A DNA stretch of 63,714 nucleotides, from contig JBGTIC010000046.1 of assembly GCA_041745895.1 (NCBI GenBank), positions 1 to 63,714 on the forward strand. The letters are read 5' to 3'. The position numbers were made by a program, and so were the translations under genes. This document shows, one piece after another, positions 54,672 through 62,659 of this stretch (the first letter of the stretch is position 1; the number at the start of each line of letters is the position of its first letter). The stretch comes from Gammaproteobacteria bacterium (GTDB lineage: Bacteria > Pseudomonadota > Gammaproteobacteria > Steroidobacterales > PWYM01). The notes under the pieces are model-generated. The model did no database searches and was not told where the DNA came from. It worked only from the letters and a program-made list of their open reading frames with translations.

Positions 54672-56681
54672 ATGAATGCCACGCTGGCTGATGCAGTGAC
54701 ACAGCTGAAATACCCTCGCTTGTTCTCCGCGCTGAGTTTGTCGGGCACCGCGTTGCGCAACCGTGTGTGCCACGCATCCATGACGACGAAATTCGGCGCC
54801 AACTTCGACGTCACCGACCGGTTGCTCGACTATCACGTCAACCGTGCCCGAGGCGGCGCAGCACTGATCGTCACCGAGCCATTGACAGCGCTGGCGTGGC
54901 AGAACCGGCCGTACAAGGTGCGCATCAACACCGACGATGCCCTGCCCGGTTTGTCGCGCTGGGCCGAGGCGGTCGAGCGCGAAGATTGCAGGCTGCTCGG
55001 TCAGCTCCAGGATTCCGGACGCGGAAGGCACGAACGCGGACGCAACCCCTATGCCTATGGTGCCTCAGCGCTGGCCGATGACCTGAGCTGGACTGTCCCG
55101 CACGTACTGGAGACTGCCGAGATCGAGGCCATGATCGCCGAGTTCGTGCAGGGCGCAGAGCGGCTGCATCGCGCCGGGTTCAGTGGTGTGGAGATCTCCG
55201 CCGGCCATGGACATCTGTTTCATCAGTTTCTTTCACCGTGGTCGAATCATCGCGAGGACCGCTACGGCGGTGAGCTTGCCGGGCGCACACGCCTGCTGGC
55301 TGAACTGGTTGAGGGTATCCGGCAGCGCTGCGGCAGCCGATTCATCATCGGTCTGAAACTGCCCGGAGACGACAGCCTGCCCGGCAGCATCGACGCAGAA
55401 GAAGCAGGAAACATCACCGCGGCGCTGGCGAATCCAGAGCAGGTCAGCTATTTCTGCTTCGCACAGGGCGGCCACTCGCGCATGCTCTACAAGCATATTC
55501 CCGATCTGTTCGGGCCGCGTGCACCCTACACGGAGCTGACGCGAAAGTTGCGCGAGCGCGCCAACGGCATTCCCGTGATGGCGCTTGGCGTCATCACCGA
55601 TCCGGCCGAAGCGGAAGGCATCCTCGAATCATCGGCGGCAGAACTGATCGGCCTGGGGCGCCCACTTGTGACGGATGCAGCCTGGGCGTTGAAGTCGCAG
55701 CAGGGCAGGGAGGCAGACATCCGCTATTGCGTAGGCTGCAATACCTGCTGGTCGGTGATCATCGAAGATGGCTCGGCGATTGCCTGTGACAACAATCCCC
55801 GAGTCGGCGAGCCAGACGAGGCTGACTGGTGGCCTAATCGCAGCGACCGAAAGCGCAGGATCATCGTGGTCGGCAGTGGTGTCGCCGGCATGGAAGCAGC
55901 GTGGATCGCAGCCGCGCGCGGGCACAACGTCACGGTGTTTGGCGCAGGTGCTGAGCCGGGTGGCAAGACCAGGCTGCATGCGGCGCTGCCCGGCGGAGAG
56001 AATCTTTCGTCGATCTACGACTACCAGACGCTGGCCGGCAAGCGCGGTGGGCTGAAGCTCGAGCTGGGTCTCAAGGCAGGGCTCGAGGATATCCTCGCGC
56101 TGTCTGCGGATGCCGTCATCCTGGCGACCGGCGCGACGATGATCTGGCCGCACCAGCTCGATCCCTCGCTGCGCGAGGACGACATGATTCCTGACCTGCG
56201 CGCGGTGATGCCAGGTTTGCTTGATTACTCCGGGCGTGAGTCGGGCACCGCGGTGATCTACGACCATGATCACACGGCGGGCACCTACGCCTCGGCGCTT
56301 CACCTGAAGCGCATCTTCGAGCGCGTCGTCATCATCACGCCGCGGGAACGCATCGCCCAGGACGAACCGCTCGTGACCCGACAGAATCTCTACGAACGCA
56401 TCTATCGCGCGGGCGTTGAACTGATCCTGTGCTGCGATCTTGCGCCGGGCACTGATTTCGCCGACGGCAACCTCAGGGTGCTCAACGTCTACACCGGGGC
56501 GCCGACGCTGATCGAGGAGGTCGCTCTGTTCACCTATTCGACCCCTCGACAGCCGGATGCCTCGCTGGAGGCGCCCCTGAAATCGGCCGGCCTTGAGGTG
56601 CACCTGATCGGCGACTGCTACACGCCGCGCACGGTGCTCGCGGCGACGCGGGAAGGCTACCGGGTCGGTATGGACGTGTGA
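54672..56681 (+). CDS. NADH:flavin oxidoreductase (OYE-like) fused to FAD/NAD(P)-binding domain, 2,4-dienoyl-CoA reductase (FadH)-like
   Basis: 669-aa ORF with an OYE TIM-barrel N-terminus (GFSGVEISAGHGHLFHQFLSP), the Fe-S cluster motif CVGCNTCW...C, and the dinucleotide fold IIVVGSGVAGMEAA. Confidence 0.82.
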   Translation: MNATLADAVTQLKYPRLFSALSLSGTALRNRVCHASMTTKFGANFDVTDRLLDYHVNRARGGAALIVTEPLTALAWQNRPYKVRINTDDALPGLSRWAEAVEREDCRLLGQLQDSGRGRHERGRNPYAYGASALADDLSWTVPHVLETAEIEAMIAEFVQGAERLHRAGFSGVEISAGHGHLFHQFLSPWSNHREDRYGGELAGRTRLLAELVEGIRQRCGSRFIIGLKLPGDDSLPGSIDAEEAGNITAALANPEQVSYFCFAQGGHSRMLYKHIPDLFGPRAPYTELTRKLRERANGIPVMALGVITDPAEAEGILESSAAELIGLGRPLVTDAAWALKSQQGREADIRYCVGCNTCWSVIIEDGSAIACDNNPRVGEPDEADWWPNRSDRKRRIIVVGSGVAGMEAAWIAAARGHNVTVFGAGAEPGGKTRLHAALPGGENLSSIYDYQTLAGKRGGLKLELGLKAGLEDILALSADAVILATGATMIWPHQLDPSLREDDMIPDLRAVMPGLLDYSGRESGTAVIYDHDHTAGTYASALHLKRIFERVVIITPRERIAQDEPLVTRQNLYERIYRAGVELILCCDLAPGTDFADGNLRVLNVYTGAPTLIEEVALFTYSTPRQPDASLEAPLKSAGLEVHLIGDCYTPRTVLAATREGYRVGMDV

Positions 56682-56727
56682 GGTCGATTGGCGTTTGCCG
56701 CTGTCGCGACGCGCCCAGGCGAAGGGC

Positions 56728-57399
56728 TCATGCGAAGGGCTTGGAGGTGCCCAGAAAGGACATCACCAGCAGCAGCGCCCACAGGCACAGTGCGGCAATC
56801 GCGGCGCGCTGACGGGTGGCTGTGATGACCTGTTCAGCTGCAGGCACATTGCGTTCGGCACGCAGCTGAGCCAGCGCCGGTCCCCAGGCGGCGGCAATGA
56901 CGCGCAGTGTCAGTCCCAGGGCGATAACGCCGGCGAACAGCAGGATCTTCAGCGCCAGCCACGTCTGAGCGACAGGTGCGCCGGTCAGCAGCGAGATGCC
57001 ACCCAGGGCAAGCATGGCTGCCAGTACCACGTAGCGAACCCACAAGTCGGTGCGGCGTAACAGTTCGCCGCGCGGGCCGCCGTGCAGCATGTGCACGGAG
57101 AGCATCAACGCAAGCCACAGCAATGCCAGCAACCAGATCAGTGACAGGCTGAGCATGCCCAGCGGCAGCTCCCAGGCCAGCGCGGCCATGTGAAACCCCA
57201 CGGGCAGTATCAGGATGAGCGCTGCGCGCGGCGCCAGATCGACGACCATGACGATTTCACGGATGCGCATGCGATCGGCGTAACTCAGGCCCGGGCGGGC
57301 CATCACCTTGGCACCGTAGTAGACGCCGAAGTCCGCCCCCAGCCAATAGGCGAACAGCACGATATGCAGCCAGTTGAGCAGCGCGTAGGTGGTGAACAT
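56728..57399 (-). CDS. 6-TM membrane protein of unrecognised family, paralogue X3
   Basis: 223-aa ORF MFTTYALLNWLHIVLFAYWLGADFGVYY...VDLAPR...LPVG...FLGTSKPFA, 27 nt after the methyltransferase stop. Confidence 0.7.
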   Translation of the reverse strand: MFTTYALLNWLHIVLFAYWLGADFGVYYGAKVMARPGLSYADRMRIREIVMVVDLAPRAALILILPVGFHMAALAWELPLGMLSLSLIWLLALLWLALMLSVHMLHGGPRGELLRRTDLWVRYVVLAAMLALGGISLLTGAPVAQTWLALKILLFAGVIALGLTLRVIAAAWGPALAQLRAERNVPAAEQVITATRQRAAIAALCLWALLLVMSFLGTSKPFA

Positions 57400-57426
57400 C
57401 AGGACCGCCCGCCGCTGCGGGCGCGG

Positions 57427-58623
57427 CTACTTCCAGGCGCCAAACACGAACCAGCTGGCACCATTGCCGTGGGGCGGTGCATCGCGCTCGCCACGCGCGA
57501 TCGCGGCAAACTCAGCCGGGTCTGCGGCCGTGTAGTTGCCGATTCGACGTTGCACGAAATTCCGCGTCTCGAACCCTGCCTCGGTGCAAAGCGCCGCGAA
57601 ATCCTGCCGCCGGAACTCGGCATAGTGGGGCTCGTTGTTGTGGTAAGCATCCCAATCCAGATAGAAGTTGTAATACGGGTCCGCCTCGCTGGCAGGCGGC
57701 AGCTCCATGTGCAGCATCAGGCCGCCCGGGCGCAACAGACGCCATGCTTCACGAAACACCTTGCGCGTGCTTGCCGTGGAGATCTCGTGCAGGAAAAAGC
57801 TCGAGACGATGAGGTCAAAGTGATGGTCCGGAAAATCGGTGTGCTCGGCATTCTGCTGCGAGTAGTGCACCGTGGCCCCGCAGGCCTGTGCGCGTGCATG
57901 GGCGAAACGCAGCTGTGCGGCACTCAGGTCGATGCCGTGGACTTCAGCCTCCGGAAACACCTCGAGATAGGGCAGGGTGTTGTTGCCAACAGTGCACCCG
58001 AGATCAAGGATGCGCCGGGCAGCGAACTGCGGGTGGGCGATGCGCAGAAAGTGGGCCATTGACAGACCTACGGCACCGCGCCTGCGCAGCATCATGCCGC
58101 CGCCGAACACCGCGGTGCCGAGTTCGTAGACGGCTCCCTGGGCGACGTCGTGGTCTGAGAACTCGCTATGGAAATTGCCCGGCATCAGGTGAATGTCCAG
58201 CGCCGTATAGTCACGGGGCAGCTGGGTGTCCGGGTTGAGCCGCAGCAGCGAGGGAGCGGCCTGCTGCGCGCGCTCGGCCACCTCGCGCAGCGCCGGCAGA
58301 TGGCGTTCGATCTGCGGCTGAACCGAGGCCCAGGTCATCTCCTGAGCGTTGTACCGCAGCGCGCTCCAGGCCTGGTAGATGGGCTGCGTACGCATCAACC
58401 GCCGCACCTCGATGCCGTCGGCCGGGGGCCTTGCATGCGTGCGCTCGAACTGCGGGCGCAGCTCACCTTCATAGCTCGCCCTCATCGACGCGGACATCTT
58501 CACCATGACGTGACGACGCAGCGCCGAGACGAAACCCTGGCGCGCACGCTCATCATGGGTGCCAGGTGCGACCTGGGCTGCGAGTAACTGGTCGTTCTGC
58601 GGCTGTGGCGACACGGTGTCCAT
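57427..58623 (-). CDS. class I SAM-dependent methyltransferase with ~190-aa N-terminal extension
   Basis: 398-aa ORF with ILDLGCTVGNN (motif I) and LLRPGGLML. The start ATG overlaps the upstream stop (TAATG). Confidence 0.8.
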   Translation of the reverse strand: MDTVSPQPQNDQLLAAQVAPGTHDERARQGFVSALRRHVMVKMSASMRASYEGELRPQFERTHARPPADGIEVRRLMRTQPIYQAWSALRYNAQEMTWASVQPQIERHLPALREVAERAQQAAPSLLRLNPDTQLPRDYTALDIHLMPGNFHSEFSDHDVAQGAVYELGTAVFGGGMMLRRRGAVGLSMAHFLRIAHPQFAARRILDLGCTVGNNTLPYLEVFPEAEVHGIDLSAAQLRFAHARAQACGATVHYSQQNAEHTDFPDHHFDLIVSSFFLHEISTASTRKVFREAWRLLRPGGLMLHMELPPASEADPYYNFYLDWDAYHNNEPHYAEFRRQDFAALCTEAGFETRNFVQRRIGNYTAADPAEFAAIARGERDAPPHGNGASWFVFGAWK

Positions 58624-59039
58624 TACGCGCCGGGAATGCCTTCGACGAGGACGGCATCGACCTCCCCGGCACCCTCGCGCAGTCGCTTGACGTCGGCGTA
58701 CGCCTCGGATGTCCAGAACGCGCGGGCCTTGGCAACACTGGGAAAGCGCAAGATCACCAGGCGTCGACCATCGTCTGTGCCCTCCATGAGCTCAGGAGCG
58801 CTGGCGACCACCAGAAACCGGCCCCCGAATTCGCCCGCGAGTGCGGCAACCGCGCGACCATAGGCACTCAGCGCCTCGGCATCGTGGAACCGGGCACGGA
58901 AGACCAGGTAGCCGTGCGCGCTCGCCACGGCGTGCTCGTCGGCCAGCGCGACAGCCGGCAGCATGGGCTGCGCCAGCGCCCATCCCAGCGCCAGCGCGAC
59001 TGCGCTGGCTCGCAAGTCCGTTACCCAATGCATTTTCAT
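58623..59039 (-). CDS. DUF1330 domain protein with N-terminal signal-like sequence
   Basis: 138-aa ORF. GYLVFRARFHDAEALSAYG...GGRFLVV...LVILRFPSVAKARAFWTSEAY matches the DUF1330 pattern. The N-terminus ASAVALALGWALA is hydrophobic. Confidence 0.7.
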   Translation of the reverse strand: MKMHWVTDLRASAVALALGWALAQPMLPAVALADEHAVASAHGYLVFRARFHDAEALSAYGRAVAALAGEFGGRFLVVASAPELMEGTDDGRRLVILRFPSVAKARAFWTSEAYADVKRLREGAGEVDAVLVEGIPGA

Positions 59040-59185
59040 ATATTATCCGTCCCGGCAGCTGACGGCCAGCACCGCGCGAGACGAACCACCTGGCCCAGGC
59101 TTGCCGGCAGACCAGTACTGCCCAGTCGCCACGAAGCCGGTGAGGTCTGCGTGGTTCATTCGCATCAGCTGCAGGATATCCGCTC

Positions 59186-60652
59186 ATGACGAACGCCGCC
59201 GGCTCGCGCTTCTACTACGGTTGGGTCATCGCCTTCACGGCCATGATGATTCTCACGGTTTCCAACGGCATGACGCTGACGGGACCGACGGTGTTCGACG
59301 AGGTCATCATCGATGAACTCTCCGCGATCGGCATCGTGCGCGAGCTCAACACCAGCTACGACCTGAACCTGAGCACGGATGCGTTTAGCGCGTTGACCGA
59401 TGATGGCCGTATACGCGCCAATATCGGCGCAATCCGCGAGATCCTTGCAGCGCAGGGAGTCGAACTCACGGAAGCGGAGCTCAACGCCGTGGTGGACCGC
59501 GGTGGCATCAGCGTCGGGCGGCTCAAGGCCCGCGACATGATCACGCTTTTCACCGGCGGCCTTCTGGGGTTCTTCGCCGGCGCCCTGGCCGATCGGATCG
59601 GTGTCAAGCCGTTGATGGTCGCCGGCATGGTGATCCTCGCGGCCGCCTACTGGCAATACGGGCGTGTCACGACACTGATGGATGTCTACCTCGTGCATTT
59701 CGCCTTCGGCGTCCTGCTTACCCTGGCGGGCCTGATCGTGAATGTGATCCTGGTATCGCGATGGTTCGTCAAGCGACGAGGCTTGGCGATCGGCATCGCG
59801 CTCGCCGGCACCAGTATCGGTAATGCACTCCTGCCACCGCTGAACGCGTGGTTGCTGAACTTCGGTACCTGGCGCGAGGTGTTCGGCTGGGTGGCGTTGG
59901 TGCCGTTGGTCATGGTGCCACTGATCTTCCTGCTGGTGCGTAACCAGCCGCCGGCCGACAGCACCAGCGAGGCAGGCAAGGCGGCAACCGAGGCCACCAG
60001 GTACGGCATGACACTGGGGGAGGCACTGCGCAGCCGTAATTTCTGGATGCTGGCGATTCTTGCCATGTGTACCTTCTACGCCATCCTCGGCATGGGCACG
60101 CACACATTCCTGTTCATGCGGGTCGAGGGCTACTCAGTCATGGTGGCCTCGACGGCTTCTACGATCCTGTTTCTGGGTGGACTGTTCGGCAAACTGATCA
60201 GCGGACATCTCGCAGAAACCGTGGGCCGGCAGCGTGTGCTCCTGGTGGCCCTGGCAATGATGTTCGCGGGCGTACTGTGTATGGTGTCCACCAGCATGAT
60301 TCACAGCCCGGAGCTGATCTGGGTGGGCTTGAGCCTGTTCGGGTTCGGCTGGGGTGGTATCTACACGCTGATTCAGCTGCTGTGCGCCGACCTGTTCGGG
60401 CTCAAGGCCCTGGGCAAGATCATCGGCGCGATTACGGTGCTCGATACGCTCGGCGGCGGGCTTGGCCCGTTCATGACCGGCGTGCTCTACGATATGTCCG
60501 GCAGCTACGTGCTGCCGTTCGTGGTCATTGCCCTGCTGATGGCAATCGCGATCCTGTGTGGGACGCTGCTGTGCACCGACGTGATCGACAAGATGCGCCC
60601 GCCGCAGGCGCGCGAGGAGGCCATCGGCGAACCCGCCCGCAGCAATGCCTGA
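59186..60652 (+). CDS. MFS transporter with large TM1-TM2 loop insertion
   Basis: 488-aa polytopic ORF with GALADRIGVKP (motif A-like). About 85 hydrophilic residues lie between the first two TM segments. Confidence 0.8.
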   Translation: MTNAAGSRFYYGWVIAFTAMMILTVSNGMTLTGPTVFDEVIIDELSAIGIVRELNTSYDLNLSTDAFSALTDDGRIRANIGAIREILAAQGVELTEAELNAVVDRGGISVGRLKARDMITLFTGGLLGFFAGALADRIGVKPLMVAGMVILAAAYWQYGRVTTLMDVYLVHFAFGVLLTLAGLIVNVILVSRWFVKRRGLAIGIALAGTSIGNALLPPLNAWLLNFGTWREVFGWVALVPLVMVPLIFLLVRNQPPADSTSEAGKAATEATRYGMTLGEALRSRNFWMLAILAMCTFYAILGMGTHTFLFMRVEGYSVMVASTASTILFLGGLFGKLISGHLAETVGRQRVLLVALAMMFAGVLCMVSTSMIHSPELIWVGLSLFGFGWGGIYTLIQLLCADLFGLKALGKIIGAITVLDTLGGGLGPFMTGVLYDMSGSYVLPFVVIALLMAIAILCGTLLCTDVIDKMRPPQAREEAIGEPARSNA

Positions 60653-60654
60653 GC

Positions 60655-61131
60655 TCAGTAGCCCTGCCAGCTGTCGGAGATTTTCTCTTCGTCAATGAGC
60701 GTGCGCATGTGAATGCGCCCGCTCTTGATCCACTGCCAGACCCGACTGCGGTAACCTCCGCAGTCGCTCATCTGGATCATCTCGTAGAGATACAGGTCGG
60801 ATTCACCCTTGCGCGTCCAGTTGAGCATCAGCGTGCGGTTGAAATCATCCAGAGGCACTTCCGCCGCCCAGCCATAGATGAGGTCGTTGTCGAACCACAT
60901 CCTGCCAGCCCGGTAGGTGGCCGGAAAATCGCGGGCCTCGGTGCGCCCGTCGGACCAGGTGTAATGGTTGGTCTGGTGGTAGGGGTGGGGGCCGTCGTCG
61001 GGAAACCGGCAGATCAGCCGCGAACGGTGCTCGTCGATCTTGTTGCCCTGCGCATCGGTGTGACGATAGAAACCGTCCCAGACGCCCTCGTTCCTGGCCA
61101 GCAGAGGCATGGCCACCTTGATCTCCGACAT
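60655..61131 (-). CDS. hypothetical soluble protein (158 aa), family not recognised with confidence
   Basis: ORF 60655..61422 trimmed to MSEIKVAMPLLARNEGVWDGFYRHTD.... An AGGAGG SD precedes ATG 61131. Confidence 0.6.
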   Translation of the reverse strand: MSEIKVAMPLLARNEGVWDGFYRHTDAQGNKIDEHRSRLICRFPDDGPHPYHQTNHYTWSDGRTEARDFPATYRAGRMWFDNDLIYGWAAEVPLDDFNRTLMLNWTRKGESDLYLYEMIQMSDCGGYRSRVWQWIKSGRIHMRTLIDEEKISDSWQGY

Positions 61132-61210
61132 GGTCGTCCTCCTGACAGTCTGATCCTTGAAACCGGATCTCGGCACATCCGTAATGCAGGCCGTGGCCTG
61201 ACCGTCTCGG

Positions 61211-61222
61211 ATTGTATACAAG
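61211..61222. promoter_or_regulatory. ATTGTATACAAG, TGTATACA palindrome site E
   Basis: Read directly from the sequence, 80 bp upstream of the 60655..61131 gene and about 137 bp upstream of the alaA-like gene. Confidence 0.5.
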
Positions 61223-61358
61223 GTGGCGGGATCAGGCGACAGGCCATGGCTTTTTTTTGCAGCGTCGCTTGCGTAGAGTTCTGCGCTTCGCGCAGGAGAA
61301 CCACTCCCGCCGCCCGCCAGTCGCCGGATTTGCCGGCGCACACAGGAATCAAGGACCG

Positions 61359-62630
61359 ATGACCATCGAGGCTTCTGCTGCGGATGCGACTGCCGGCCCC
61401 GGACAGGCCGCGGTGGCGACACCGGTGAAGACTGCTGCGGGTCTGCAGCATGTGCGTTACGAGATTCGTGGTGTGCTTGCCCGCCGGGCGCTGGAACTAG
61501 AGAAGCTCGGCTACGAGATCACCTCGCTGAACATCGGCAATCCCGGGGTATACGGCTTTCGCACCCCGGAGACGATGCGCCTGGCAATGATCGAGAACCT
61601 GCAGATCAGCGAAGGCTATTGTCACCAGAAGGGCATCTTTCCTGCCCGCGAAGCGGTAGTGATGCAACAGCAGACGCGCGGGGTCATGACAGCGAGTGCC
61701 GATTCGGTGTTTATCGGCAACGGGGTCTCCGAACTCATAGACCTGTGTTTGCGCGCGCTGCTCGACCCGGGCGACGAGGTGCTGATCCCCAGCCCCGATT
61801 ATCCACTGTGGACAGCAGCCACCGTACTCAATGGGGGCAAGGCACTGCACTATCCCTGTCCACCGGAACGCAACTTCCAGCCCGACCTTGCGGCCATCGA
61901 GGCGATGATCACCCCGCGCACGCGGGCGATTGTCGTCATCAACCCCAACAACCCGACAGGGGCTGTGTATTCGCTCGAAATCCTGAAGGGTATCGCCGAG
62001 TTGGCGGAACGCCATCGACTGGTCGTGCTCTGCGATGAGATCTACGACCACATGACCTACGATGGCGCGAAGTTCGTGCCGATGGCCACGCTGGTCCACG
62101 ACACGCTCTGCGCGACCCTCAGCGGCCTGTCCAAGGTCTACCGCGCCTGCGGCTATCGTGTCGGCTGGGCGTCTTTCAGCGGCGACCTGGAAAATGCGCG
62201 AGCCTATCTGAACGCACTCGAACTGCTGGCGTCACTTCGACTGTGCAGCAATGTGCCCGGCCAGTGGGCAGTGCAGACCGCGTTGGGCGGGTACCAGAGC
62301 ATTCAGGATCTGACCTCTCCCGGCGGCCGCCTTTACGAATCCCGACAGGCCGTGCTCGACTGCGTGGCAGCCAGCCCGTTCCTGCGGCTGGTCGCCCCGC
62401 AAGGCGCGATGTATGCCTTCGTGCGCGTGGACAAAGAGCGCCTGCCCCAGTTCAACGATCATCGTTTCGCCATGGATCTGCTGGAAAACCGTCACGTGCT
62501 GGTGGCTCCGGGGACCAGTTTCAATGTGCCTTATGACGATCACTTCCGCATCACGACCTTGCCGTCCCCGGCCCTGATCGAGGAGGTGTTCACTCGCATC
62601 AACGAGGTGCTTGACAGTCATGCGAAGTAG
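61359..62630 (+). CDS. alaA: alanine-synthesising / glutamate-pyruvate aminotransferase (class I PLP aminotransferase)
   Basis: ORF 61212..62630 trimmed to ATG 61359. It is collinear with E. coli AlaA as I recall it (YEIRG, LNIGNPG, IGNGVSELI, PDYPLWTAA, INPNNPTGAVYS, SGLSKVYRACGYRVGW, LRLCSNVPGQWAVQTALGGYQSI). Confidence 0.85.
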   Translation: MTIEASAADATAGPGQAAVATPVKTAAGLQHVRYEIRGVLARRALELEKLGYEITSLNIGNPGVYGFRTPETMRLAMIENLQISEGYCHQKGIFPAREAVVMQQQTRGVMTASADSVFIGNGVSELIDLCLRALLDPGDEVLIPSPDYPLWTAATVLNGGKALHYPCPPERNFQPDLAAIEAMITPRTRAIVVINPNNPTGAVYSLEILKGIAELAERHRLVVLCDEIYDHMTYDGAKFVPMATLVHDTLCATLSGLSKVYRACGYRVGWASFSGDLENARAYLNALELLASLRLCSNVPGQWAVQTALGGYQSIQDLTSPGGRLYESRQAVLDCVAASPFLRLVAPQGAMYAFVRVDKERLPQFNDHRFAMDLLENRHVLVAPGTSFNVPYDDHFRITTLPSPALIEEVFTRINEVLDSHAK

Positions 62631-62659
62631 AATGTACTTCATCAACATCTATTAACTTC

